Source of the DNA: Antedon mediterranea
Lineage: Eukaryota > Animalia > Echinodermata
DNA: 64,000 nt
NCBI RefSeq assembly: GCF_964355755.1
Contig: NC_092672.1
Coordinates: forward strand, 2,728,001-2,792,000
Direction of reading: 5' to 3'
This document shows, piece by piece, positions 1 to 11,233 of this stretch. The notes beneath the pieces are model-generated. The model saw nothing but the letters and a program-made list of their open reading frames with translations, searched no databases and was not told the DNA's origin. The position numbers and the translations under genes are program-made. Position 1 is the stretch's first letter. Every line of letters begins with the position of its first letter.

Positions 1-461
1 TACCTACTCTAGTAATAATATAGTGCTTGATGAACAATTTATACAGATTTTTGTTCTATGTGGCTGCAGACATTGAGTCAGATAGATCCAAATAAAATGA
101 ACGAATTTGAAAATGAAAATCATAATTATATCTAGCTGCTGCAGCTGTTTTGATTACGCGTATGATGTAGACACGCGCACGACAAGGAAGCTGAATATGG
201 ATGAATTTGATTATCACGACCAAATATATAACTAAATCAAAGTTTATTTCTTTAAAAACTACAATTTAAATAACAAATTATTACTAAACAATTTTTATAA
301 CATGTCTATTAATTACATGTCATTTTTATCACAGATACAATTCTATTTTTTAATTACAATATTGACACTTAAGTACTGCGAATTTTACAAAATTAATGCG
401 CTCTTTATATGAATTGAGACGTAGTACATACTACTGTAGTAGGCGGATGATGATCGTGAAA

Positions 462-3058
462 TTATTTATAATAGAACAATATTCTTCTCTTTAAACACTC
501 TTCGGTCAAGTAATTGATTACATCACCTGATAGATTGCAATCCCGCATGTAAAGCTCCCTCAGCTTAGGACACATAATGAGTAATGAAGACAATGAATTA
601 ACAATGTTGTGAAGGTTATTTCGAGAGATATCGAGAATATCTAATGGCAATTGAACTTGTTTGTGAGAACAGTCTGTACTCAAGTGATTGATGACATCAA
701 CTGATAGATTGCAATCCCGCATGTAAAGCTCCCTCAGCAGCTTAGGACACATAATGAGAAATGAAGACAATGAATTAACATCAATGTTGTGAAGGTTATT
801 ACCAGAGATATCGAGAATATCTAATGGCAATTGAACTTGTTTGTGAGAACATTCTGTACTCAAGTGATTGATGACGTCAACTGATAGATTGCAATCCCGC
901 ATGTAAAGCTCCCTCAGCTTAGGACACATAATGAGAAATGAAGACAATGAATTAACATCAATGTTGTGAAGGTTATTACCAGAGATATCGAGAATATCTA
1001 ATGGTAATTGAATTTGTTTGTGAGAACATTCTGTACCCAAGTGATTGATGACGTCGCCTGATAGATTGCAATCCGGCATCCAAAGCGCCCTCAGCTTAGG
1101 AGACATAATGAGTAATGAACACATTAAATTAACATCAATGTTGTGAAAGTTATTACCAGGGATGTTGAGATAAGTTAATGCTAATTGAACTTGTTTGAGA
1201 GAACATTCTGTAACAAAGTGTTTGAATGCATCAGAGTCTCCTATTAGATTCTTAATAATCGTTCGTTCGTCACATTCAGCTATGGCTAAAATGTGTGCAA
1301 TTACTTTTCCCTTGCATTCCCCTGCCATCCTACCACTACTAAAACGCTCGATTTTTTCATCAAAATCCTCCATGCAATAAAGTTGCATAATCAGACGTAT
1401 GAAATGCCCATCACATTGTACATCTGGAAAAATGTGTTTAATAAACAATCTTATGGAATTAGCTATATCGTCCAAATGATTCTTTATTTCTAAATTTTGA
1501 ATGTGATTATTTAATTCATTTATCACATCATTTCTTTGTTTTTTAACAAAATTTAAATGAGCTGGTAGAGAACGGTATGTTGACAAATTATTTGTTATCC
1601 AATGCTTTAAAAATACATTAGCGTTAGCACCAAGGAAACCAATTGCAAACTCTCTTGCTTTGTATAAATACTCACTTTCTCTTATCACCTCCCATTCTTT
1701 ATCATCCAATGGTGCAAGTAATCGTTTTATATCTGTGTTACATCCACACTTCATACCTTTACTTTCACATAATTTACACTCACCCCATGTATTATCATCA
1801 AATGGTGTAAGTAGCCGTCTTACATCGTCTTCGCATTCAAACTTCAAACCTTCACTTTCACATAATTTGCTCAAGTACAGTCCTACCAATGACTCAACTA
1901 TCAACTTGTGGGGTGGCATGAAAACACTTTCAAAGTTAGATTTTAAAATTGGTGCTTCTTCGTAAACAAATCCAAGTTTGACGGCCATGTCAACCAAGTC
2001 CTTATTCGAATGTGTATTATTCAAATCTTTTCTGTTTATTGAAAGTTGATTTTGTTTTAAGCTTTTATACATACACTTTCCTAGCAAAACCATAGCGTAT
2101 ACATACTTCGCTGGGGTGTCTTCAAATTTAGAAATTTTGGCAAATTGTTTTTGTTTGTTAAATTGATTTAAAATACTACGGAAAAGTTGCTTGAAAAGAT
2201 CAGAACTGTCACTAGGAAGACTTTGATCGTTTTCCCATAGCATACAGATTGAAAGAAGTGACATTGGGTTTTTGCACATTGAATATGCTTCTGGATGTTT
2301 TGGAAAATAATTAGTTTGATTATATAATTCCCTTTTAAGCGATTCTCCCAATTGCGGTTCTCTAAAATATTTAAAATATTTATCAATATACTCCCATATC
2401 CTCTCTTGATTAAATCCCTTAACTCTTACATGTACGTTACACTCTCTTTTAAATTCATCTATGTTTTCTGATCGTGAAGTAAGTATCACAGTACTTTTTT
2501 TAAAGTTGTCTTTTCTGAAAAGACTAATAACGCTTTGATTATTAAATCTCAATTCATCTAATCCGTCTAGTAGCAAAACAATTTTGTCTTCAAGTATCTT
2601 TATACATTTCTTAATTAACCGTGGATCTTCTGGGAGATCTGTCTCTAAATTGAAATCTGTCATATCCAGTTGCTTTACAATTAAATCATAGATATCGGCA
2701 TCTTTTTCCAAATCTCTCAGACATAAAAAAAATACAATTTTACCTTCAAAGATATTATTAGATTGATTAGGTGTGGCCCACATGTATGATAAATGTCTTA
2801 ATATGGTAGTTTTACCAATTCCACCTTCTCCTTCTATGAGAGCTTTACATCCAGGTTTAGAACTGATAACATCAATCTCTTCTTCCAATGTTGTTGGGTT
2901 GCCTCCTTTATTGTTTTCAGTTTCCTTCTGTAGTTCCATATCGGTAAACATCTGTGAAATGTCAACTTTGTATCTATTATTCATTATTGCAGGTGTAAAT
3001 ATACTGGCCTGGCTGCACTTGTCCGTTTGTATTTTAATCAGATATGTTTGTATCTTTT
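462..3058 (-). other. Single large terminal exon of NLR1 encoding NACHT, helical domains and all LRRs
   Basis: 868-aa ORF 462..3068. The acceptor ttttag is at 3059-3061 on the minus strand, so the ORF-track start codon is intronic. Confidence 0.9.
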
Positions 3059-6000
3059 CTAAAAACAACGAAAGTTATTCAATAGAGAGAATCTTATACT
3101 TAATCATATTCTATTAAGCATTTTATATATTATTATTATTATTCTTGATATAAATTCATCTTAATTACCGTATTTATTTATATTTTGTTTATTTTAGTAG
3201 GCCTAAGTTGGTAACAATTATAGTGGTTAGGTTGTACTTTTTACAGGCCTAGATAATGTCCATCCTGAAATATTTTATAAAAAATTGCTATAATATTAAT
3301 TTATTATAGCAATTTTAAACTATTTACTTAATAGCAGACTCTGTGGTATAGATATTTGTATTGTGCTTTTTGTAAATTATTAAGGTTTTAGAGGGCGACA
3401 AACACATTTTCTTTACTATCAGAAACAGAAAACTGTAATTGATCAAGAGGGCAGCAAACCGAAAAATAAATTTATCACAAATCAATACTGTAGATGTACG
3501 TTCAGGCCGGTAGACCACGATATTTCAGATTTAAATCAAACTAACTCGGTCAAAAAACGATATATGTATGTAAGTTTCATATTTAGTTGTTAATTTCTTA
3601 ATTTTCGCTGCAATAAAAGAGTTGTTCATATGCGAGCGACTGCACTGAGAGAAACAATTTAATTGTTGAAATACGATTGTTGGAATGAGGTGTAGACAAG
3701 AGGAATTGTTCTATATTGTAATTATATAATATCATACTAATCCTAATTATAATTACATTGTTCATGTTTTTTTCTTTTATAAGACTTGTTTAAAACTTAA
3801 CTCAATAAATCAAAATTTACAACAAGAAATTTTCTACTGCATAAAAAAATCGTCTTATTTAATTATACAATACATTCTAATAACTAACCTGTTTCTGACT
3901 CAACCTTATTCTGCGTTTCTTGTCCTTTGTTACTAGTAGTCGACACATCCACTGTTTAATAAATAAATAAATAACTGTCTTAATAATTATTATCAAACCG
4001 ACCTTATTACTTTACAATTATTCTACCGCATAATAAACTTCTTTATAGGAGAAAACTTTTAGAGTTTACAGTTATTAACTAACCTGTTTCTGCTTTTTGC
4101 GTTCCTTGTTCTTCGTTACTAGTGTTCGGCACATTTACTGTTTAATGATAAATTAGAATAGATAAATAGTTTAGTTAATTAAAAATAATTATAAATTTCA
4201 TAATATATAAATACAATTCTAATATAAAGAAATACAGTTTTCATTGCAGAAATATTCCAATTTAAGTAGTCAAGATATATTGCAATTAAGGTCTTTTTTT
4301 ACCAAAAAAAAAAAATCCTTTTTAGTAACGCACTTGTATATAGAGGGCGACAAACACAAGTTGAAATCAATCAGAAGGAGAAAACTTCAATCTCTGTACT
4401 GACATGATCGGAAATGACGTCAAACTGGTTTTTTTATAAACCAAAAGAGACAATAGGCCTAACCAAAGTAAAACAAGACTAAATATTCAACAAAATCCGA
4501 GATTAGATACATTTTACAGAGAGCATAAATTTAGAAACCTTCCACCCATTGAATTGTAATATTATTTGTTAATCTGTAACTCACCAGTTTCTGATTTAAC
4601 TTCTTTTTGTGTTTCTTCGTTAGACCTACCACTGGTCGGCGGCACTTCCTCTGTTAATAAAAATAACAGGAGAAATCTGAATTTACAATAATTTTAGGGA
4701 TTCATTTAAGCATAAATAATATCTAATTAAGATATAAAAAAACCTAAACCATTCGAATTAAATTCAAATAATGGCCAAACGAGTTTTGTTACATATTAAA
4801 CAAATCAATGGTGATGTGATTGATTGTTGTTTTCCCCGTAAATATTTGTAGTATGCCCTGCTCAACCTACCAGTTGATTTTAGAGTCAAAGTTTTCTAGA
4901 TTTATAATAATCCTTCTTTTCACAAATTTGTTGAATTAGATTAGGAATGATGAATGGAATGTATTTGTGGTTGATTTGGCTTCAATAATATCATCTCTAT
5001 ATTATATTTGTTCAATAATTGAAAACATGCCTCTGGATATCAATCAATCAATCAATTTATTTGGAAATTGCACCTTTACATCGGTGGCACACACAGTAAG
5101 TGGTGCATCCATATTAAACACAATTAACATAAAATGACGGATACTTAAGCTAATTTACAAAGTTAAAAAATTTAAAAAAAAAAATTTAAAATTAGTACTA
5201 TATACTGTGGCAATATTTGTATGAGTTGATACATCATTTTAGTTAAATATATAGATATTGGTTCCATGTGTGTTAAGGAACCTCCATCTTTTATCGGTTT
5301 TCTCAATCGTCATATTCATTTATTTACAATAAGGTAAGTATAAAAAATGATGATAACGTTGTATCTTAATGAGTAGTTATTAAGCTATCGTCTAATAAAG
5401 GTGTTAATAACACTACCAAATATTGACTGGAAAACAATCACAATTATACAATATGTCGTGTTACGACTTGTTTGGTTCACACTAACGTAACGCAATAATG
5501 TAGACCCAACGCAAGCGAATAGACCAATGATAAGCGACAGTTTGAATAATGCATCGCTTGTGATTGGTCAATTCACGACGTTGCTAAATATTTAATGTAT
5601 ATCTCCAGGCCTCATAACAGTAACTAACCTGTTTCTGATTTAACTTCTTTTCGTGTTCCTTCATGACTACTGGTCGTCGGCAAACAATCTGAATTAATAT
5701 TAAGAGCGCAATTCAGCATAGAATAATTTATACAAAAAAAAACTATTTACCATTATATACACATTACCAACAAAATGAAATCATTTTGTTATTGTTTACT
5801 GTATGGCCAAACAGTTGTGACTAACCTGTTTCTGACTTCATATCTGTTCTCATTCTTGTGTTACTACTATGCACTTCTGATAGATAAAAACAAATACAAT
5901 GACTTTTACCTAATGAATAAAATGATTATTTCTAGATATTGTTTATTTTCAAAATAATACGTTTGTGAATGTTATTCAAATTGAATTGTATTATGTTATG

Positions 6001-7852
6001 GTTAATGTAGGCCCTATATACTGTAAATACAATACCTGATTCTGACTCAGACTCGTTCGCCTGCCTATTTTTCCTTTCTGTCATTTTGGATCCGCCGCTG
6101 TTATCCTCTGCTTGTATTCCTGGTTCGTTGTTAGGTCTACAACTGGTGGTTGGCATTTGTTCTGTTTAAAAGAATAAACTGAATTTACAATATGGTATCT
6201 ATCTCGTGAACAACCAATGATCGGAGTATAAAATCAGCTAATAATAACGTATTAATTTGGAAATTAGTTAGGTTTATAGAGGGCGACAAACACAATTTGT
6301 GATCGACAAAAAGTAAATCACAAATCTGAAATAAACCAACACAAAACCGTATATCATATTTATTCGAACAAACGCCTCTCTCAAATAAACGCCCCATTAA
6401 AACAACATTTTGTATGTAGGCCTACAAAGTAGAATTTATTGACTTTCATGATCTCTACAATTTAGCAAACATATTAATTATATTGATACAATTGTTAATT
6501 TTGTTACAATAACGGATTTTGTTATATCCGACTGCACAATGAGGTGTAGGCTATAAGACATGAATTGTTCTAATACTAGATATAATGTTTTTTTTCGTAC
6601 AGTACAGAAAACATAATTACTATTACTAATAACTCACTTGTTTCATGTTCTACCTGTACTATTTGTTCTTCGTCACTGGTGTTCGGTGCATTTACTGTTT
6701 AATAAGAAACAATACAAATACAAATAAATGATAAAATAATAATATTCTACTCCATCAAATCAAATTGGGAGCCTTAGTATAAAAATAAGATTAATTATAT
6801 TAGCGGCGGTAAACACGGGCATATATTTGTTGGTCATTGTGTGTACCTTTTTTATTCGGACATAATGCGTTGAAACACCGGTTCTCGTCAGATTACCGGA
6901 AGTTAAGCAATTCGTTGGCCTGGTTGCGTTTGGAAATACCTCCGTCTGGAAATATCGCGTCGGCTGCTGTTATAGACCAGTGGTGAAATGATGGGAATCG
7001 ATAGCTAGGATAGGCATGAGTTCGTCCATATCTGTACCATGCTGATTGTTGTGTCATTAGGCAAGATATGCTTTACTCTCTCATTGCTTTGTTCTAATCC
7101 AATTCTAAGTTACGCTTGGGGACGATAATAACTAGGCCTACTACCTTTAATGTGGATGTTTTACACATAGGCTATTCATATAGTATTCTTCAATTAATTA
7201 TTTGTTTGCTAATTCGTTCCTGTTACATACCTTGTGTCAGGCATTTCATCGTTGATGCCACTCCAATTTTGTTAAGAATGTTAATAAACTCTTCTTTTCT
7301 TTCTTCACAAAGTATTTGTCTTTGTTCCAAGTCTATAATCATACTCCAAGAGTCTTCATAATTCTTTAATGGATTGTTGAAGAGTGCATCAATTTTCTTA
7401 ACAGCAGCCTTTCTTAGTTCGTTTCCAAAATCTGCAATCCAGTGTCGATATGGGGTGAAATTTATAATTTGTATTTCTTGAACTTCGAAGAAAGATTGTT
7501 GAAAAACGTTGATAGCTCCAAACGTTTGGGTTACTTTTATCGTTTCATAAAGTAACTCCAGATTGCCTGGGCTTAAACGCCCTGTTTTCCTCAATGCATT
7601 CAGTAGATCTATCGTTGTGTTGGCTTTGTCTATGTCTGCTACTGAAATTAAATCGTGGTATAAAACCTTCAGCTGTCTGACGAGGTTGTTTTTATCATAC
7701 CATTCTGAAAAGTTCACCAAGTCCACATTAAAATCTATTTCTAAAAATATAAAAGTGGGAAAAAGAGAAGATTAGAAAAAACATTTTTAAAATTGTTCTA
7801 CTCGATGCAATACAAAAAAGACTATTTATTGTTTGTTACCTGTTGCCGCCAT
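462..7852 (-). CDS. NLR copy 1: tandem-DED + micro-exon linker + NACHT + LRR, about 1198 aa if all exons are included. Exons in transcript order: 7840-7852, 7231-7740, 6638-6694, 6036-6161, 5826-5876, 5629-5688, 4585-4650, 4084-4137, 3889-3951, 462-3058
   Basis: Walker A GEGGIGKT, Walker B LLLDGLDE, sensor-1 LTSR, winged-helix His (PPHKLIVE) and C-terminal LxxLxLxxN/C repeats. Every listed exon has GT-AG borders with phase-1 junctions, and the sum (3597 nt) is in frame. Confidence 0.88.
500..1200 (-). repeat. Four tandem ~177-bp (59-codon, two-LRR) units in NLR1
   Basis: The anchor ctgatagattgcaatcc recurs at 527, 701, 881 and 1058 (periods 174, 180, 177) and the units are near-identical in DNA. 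Confidence 0.9.
3889..6694 (-). other. Array of seven paralogous symmetric micro-exons (57, 126, 51, 60, 66, 54, 63 nt) encoding the NLR1 linker
   Basis: Each has a cag acceptor and a gttagt, gtgagt or gtattg donor, a length divisible by 3 and no stop. Shared peptide pattern x-V/M-P-x-T-S...E-V-K-S-E-T. Confidence 0.8.
5466..5585. mobile_element. Decayed Harbinger-like MITE, same family as 56136-56341, in an NLR intron (paralogous copy at ~32512-32630)
   Basis: Shares ttggttc(a/c)cacta..cgtaacg, aacgcaagcg..accaatga and gcttgtgattggtcaattcac with 56136-56341. Confidence 0.55.
6853..7135 (+). mobile_element. 5S rRNA-derived SINE (SINE3-like) or 5S pseudogene with a SINE body
   Basis: 6853-6970 resembles animal 5S rRNA (gttgaaacaccggttctcgtc.gat.accg..agttaagcaa) but is degenerate at box C. 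It is followed by a tgttgtgtc.ttaggcaag motif resembling SINE central domains. Confidence 0.7.
7231..7740 (-). other. NLR1 exon encoding tandem death effector domains (170 codons)
   Basis: DED1 pattern LKVL..DLIS..DLLNAL..GRLSPGNLELLYE. DED2 starts FTPYRHWI..GNEL and includes LEQRQIL, resembling caspase-8/cFLIP tandem DEDs. Confidence 0.75.
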
Positions 7853-8411
7853 GATGTCAATTCAGTTTTCTATCTTCATTTCTGAAAAGCAAAATTTTTG
7901 TTTTTACAATAAATGCTGTCAAACCATGTCACCAGTGCTTTTCAGAGTAGACCTCTCTTTTTAAGTTACTTATTATGTCCCTCTACTTCTGTTCATTCAT
8001 TGCCTTAAAGAGTTCCCTCTGCTAAGGAACAGTTAAAATGTTCATTTTCTTCCCAATGGTTAGCTGTTAAGGACAAAATAAACTAAGTTCTCAACAACTA
8101 ATGATGTGAATTCAAAGTATATCTGATAACATAGGCGTTTGCGCTGATTAGAGCACCAAACAATGGTATGATGGACAAAGGTTACGTTTATGGTGTATGG
8201 CGTGATGTCTAATCACTAAATAAATACACTTTTAACTTTTATAAATGTGTTTACTTCCATGCTATAAGTCACGTAGTCAGAGCCCTATTTTCTACCCTGC
8301 CCCTGTACCCCTCAATTATCTTTTTTTTGCGAAGAGCCAAAAATACGTAAACAATGGAAATACAGTGGTCTATATTAATATTGATTATGACCATGATGTA
8401 TCTACAAATGT

Positions 8412-8745
8412 TATCTATAATCATACTCCAAGCGTCTTCATAATTCTGTAAGGGATTATTGTAGAGTGCATCAATTTTCCTAATGGCAGCCTTTCTGAAT
8501 TCGTTTCCAAAATCTGCAATCCAGTGTCGATATGGGGTGAAATTTATACTCTTGATTTCTTGAACTTCTTCAAGAACAGATTGTTTATGTTTTGTTTTAC
8601 ACCAACCTGTTGGTTACTTTTATTGTTATATAAAGTAATGTAAAATTGTCTGGTCTAAATGTCCTGTTTTCTTTAAATCATCCAGTAGTTCTTTCGTTCT
8701 ATTGGCTTTGCTTTGCTACTGAAAAAAATTAACGTAGTAACAATG
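8412..8745 (-). pseudogene. Decayed copy of the tandem-DED exon
   Basis: Aligns with 7333-7670 (for example the identical tcgtttccaaaatctgcaatccagtgtcgatatggggtgaaatttata) but has indels and truncated ends. Confidence 0.85.
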
Positions 8746-8924
8746 GTCTGTTGGTAAGGACAAATGTTACGTTCATGGTATGCCCAGGTGCATGGCGTGT
8801 CTAATCAATAAATAAATACACTTTTAACTTTTATAAATGTGTTTACTTATCTGATGGCACTGCTCTCGCCCCTGGACCCCCTCCACTCGATGGCACGTTT
8901 TCGTGAAGAACCAAGGTACTGTAT

Positions 8925-9045
8925 GTGAAATTGGGAAAATCTATTCTATTTAAAACCTAACAAAGTTATAGTCTGCTGCCCTCTACACATTTCAGTTAGT
9001 GCAACTTTTGACAAGATACTGTACGCATCATGGTTTTAAATTGAT
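8925..9045 (+). pseudogene. GSTK1: Relic of GSTK1 last exon and 3' UTR
   Basis: gtgaaattgggaa...aaagttatagtctgctgccctctaca.atttcagtt matches 26405-26480. Confidence 0.65.
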
Positions 9046-10080
9046 AGTATTAATATTGGTTATGAAAATGAACGTTTTAACGGTATAAACTTAAGCATTC
9101 AGCAATAAGTTGCATTGTATTTAAGTACAGTTCAAATCATTAAAAATAGGCATACACATATCTCTGACAAAACCTAATAACACAACCATGGACTACTATT
9201 AAACAAATCGAGGCAAAACTCCATTGACGCGGAGGAACAGTCACTCTATATTAATCAATAATACCTTCAAATTGGCCCAATTGTATTTTTTTCTTTTTAA
9301 AACTATATTGTTTTTGTTTATGTAGGTTATTTTGAATAATTTACTTTCATATGTTCTCTATAGTATAGTATTCAATTTAGTTGCATTTGGAGATAAATAA
9401 AGGTACAAAAAATATATAACGATGAACATTTAAAAATAAAAAGCTCCATGATCTAACTCATGTCTAAGGTATGGTTCATGCCTAAAATGTTTTTTTTAAC
9501 TGGCTGTTCTTAAATAACACTACCTGGATATAACGCAGTCTTGCTAAACCCTTGTATAGAATTATTTAAAGATTTCAGAAACTAAAAAGTATGTTGAAAA
9601 ACAAACTGTATTTATTATGTATTGCCACCTCTAGGCCTATTGGATTTTTTTTGCTCATACCATTTTCGCAGTACGTCTAGAGCCGATCCAGGTCTGCTTG
9701 AAGGAGGTGCAATGGAATCAGAAGAAGGCTAGATATCACAGTTATCGACGACACCAAAGTTAAATAATTGTGTACAAGATAACCACATAACTATATTATT
9801 ATTATTTAACTTTTACTTATTTTTTTCTTTTTACTTTTATTTATCATTATTTAAAGGAAGTAAAAAATATCATGGCATCATAGTCTAATGACCACGTTTT
9901 TTAAATGTTTTTTTTTTGTATTGCGATTTTTATTTAAACTTGTCTTCAAAGATAATATTTAATTCCTGTGTTGCGCCGTCTCCTTATTTTACACGCACGC
10001 TACCATGTTAACAAACTTTTTTTTAACGACAGCGTCTCGGGCAGCGTCTATACTATTTGTTTTAGGCCGCGCCTCCCTAT

Positions 10081-10193
10081 AGCTCTGTCTACACTATCAA
10101 ACTACTTTGAAATGGTAGTTCTATGACATCATCATGTCCATATGGACACATCACACTTTTTGTCACATAGAGTTTGACAGTGTAGACAGAGTT
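10081..10193. mobile_element. Harbinger-like MITE (paralogous, more complete copy at 59877-60036 with TAA TSD)
   Basis: TIR agctctgtctacactatcaaact / agtttgacagtgtagacagag. Confidence 0.7.
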
Positions 10194-10430
10194 CAAACAT
10201 CACGTCGCGATAGTTGTTTCAAAATACCCGCGCACAAAAACCAAGCAGCCAAGTAATGCGTGCGTAACTATTAGGAAGAGCAAGAGCTCAAATCATAAAT
10301 GTTACATTAATGATTATTGATTAACTAATCAGTGTAAAATAACAAATATTCGACCAGATAGAGGACAACATTTTAGCCTCAACGCGTCAAATGTTTGTGG
10401 TCTTCGTCTAAAAATCTAGGCCTGTGTGTG

Positions 10431-11233
10431 CATCCAGATGGATGATATATATGTTATGCGCGATTTGAACGATTTGCGCAATTTGAAATTGCGCAAAAAA
10501 AATCCTTGCGCAATTTGAATTGAAACATGTGTTTCAAATTGCGCAAGCAACGTATTAAATTGCGCAAGTAATCTGCAAATTGCGCAAGGTTTTTCGACAG
10601 ATTGTGAAATCATGCACACCCATATTTTTATAGTAATTTCTAAGAATGATTCAAAATTAAAGATAAATATCGCATTTCCTTATTTTAGTAGTGCAAATAT
10701 TGTTATAAGTTAGCATACCGTCGAAGAACCGACGAAGGAAAACGAAGCGGTGGTGTTCCACCAGGCGGGCGCGGCGCGGGCGGCCGGCTATACTACTCTA
10801 GCCTAGCTAGGGTCTGGACTACTGATACTGACAAGGTTACATATTAAAAACTTAAAAAGTGAGTATTAAACATTATCTTCATTGAAATGGTCTTATTTAT
10901 ATAATAAAATACTAAATGTTAAACTCCTCTGCCTAGTAGGCCTAGCCTAGCCATGTATGGGAAAATTTACAGTTCGTTTTCAAATTGCGCAAAGGTGTCA
11001 TATTGCGCAAGAACTATCTTGCGCAATTTACAAATTGTGCAGCGCAATTTAAAATTGCGCAAAGATTTTCTTGCGCAATTTGGAATTGCGCAAGTTGATT
11101 GCGCAATTTGAAATTGCGCAAAAAAATCCTTGCGCAATTTTAAGAATTCTTTGCGCAATTTCAAATTGCGCAACGATTTTTTTGCGCAATTTCAAATTGC
11201 GCAAATCGTTCAAATCGCGCATAACATATACAC
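10431..11233. mobile_element. Foldback/MITE with TTGCGCAA-rich terminal inverted arrays
   Basis: TIR tatatgttatgcgcgatttgaacgatttgcgcaatttgaaattgcgcaaaaaaa is mirrored at ~11180-11231. The paralogous site near 60280 is empty. Confidence 0.8.

Noticed and set aside
1195-3117. Plus-strand ORFs repeated in both NLR copies
   Set aside because: They are antisense shadows of the NACHT exon.
3240-3270. Possible extra NLR exon after the minus-strand acceptor atttcag
   Set aside because: No donor gives a phase 1-1 exon, and there is no similarity to the linker repeat.
6853-6970. Functional 5S rRNA gene
   Set aside because: It has indels, a degenerate internal promoter and no T-run terminator, and it continues into a SINE-like body.
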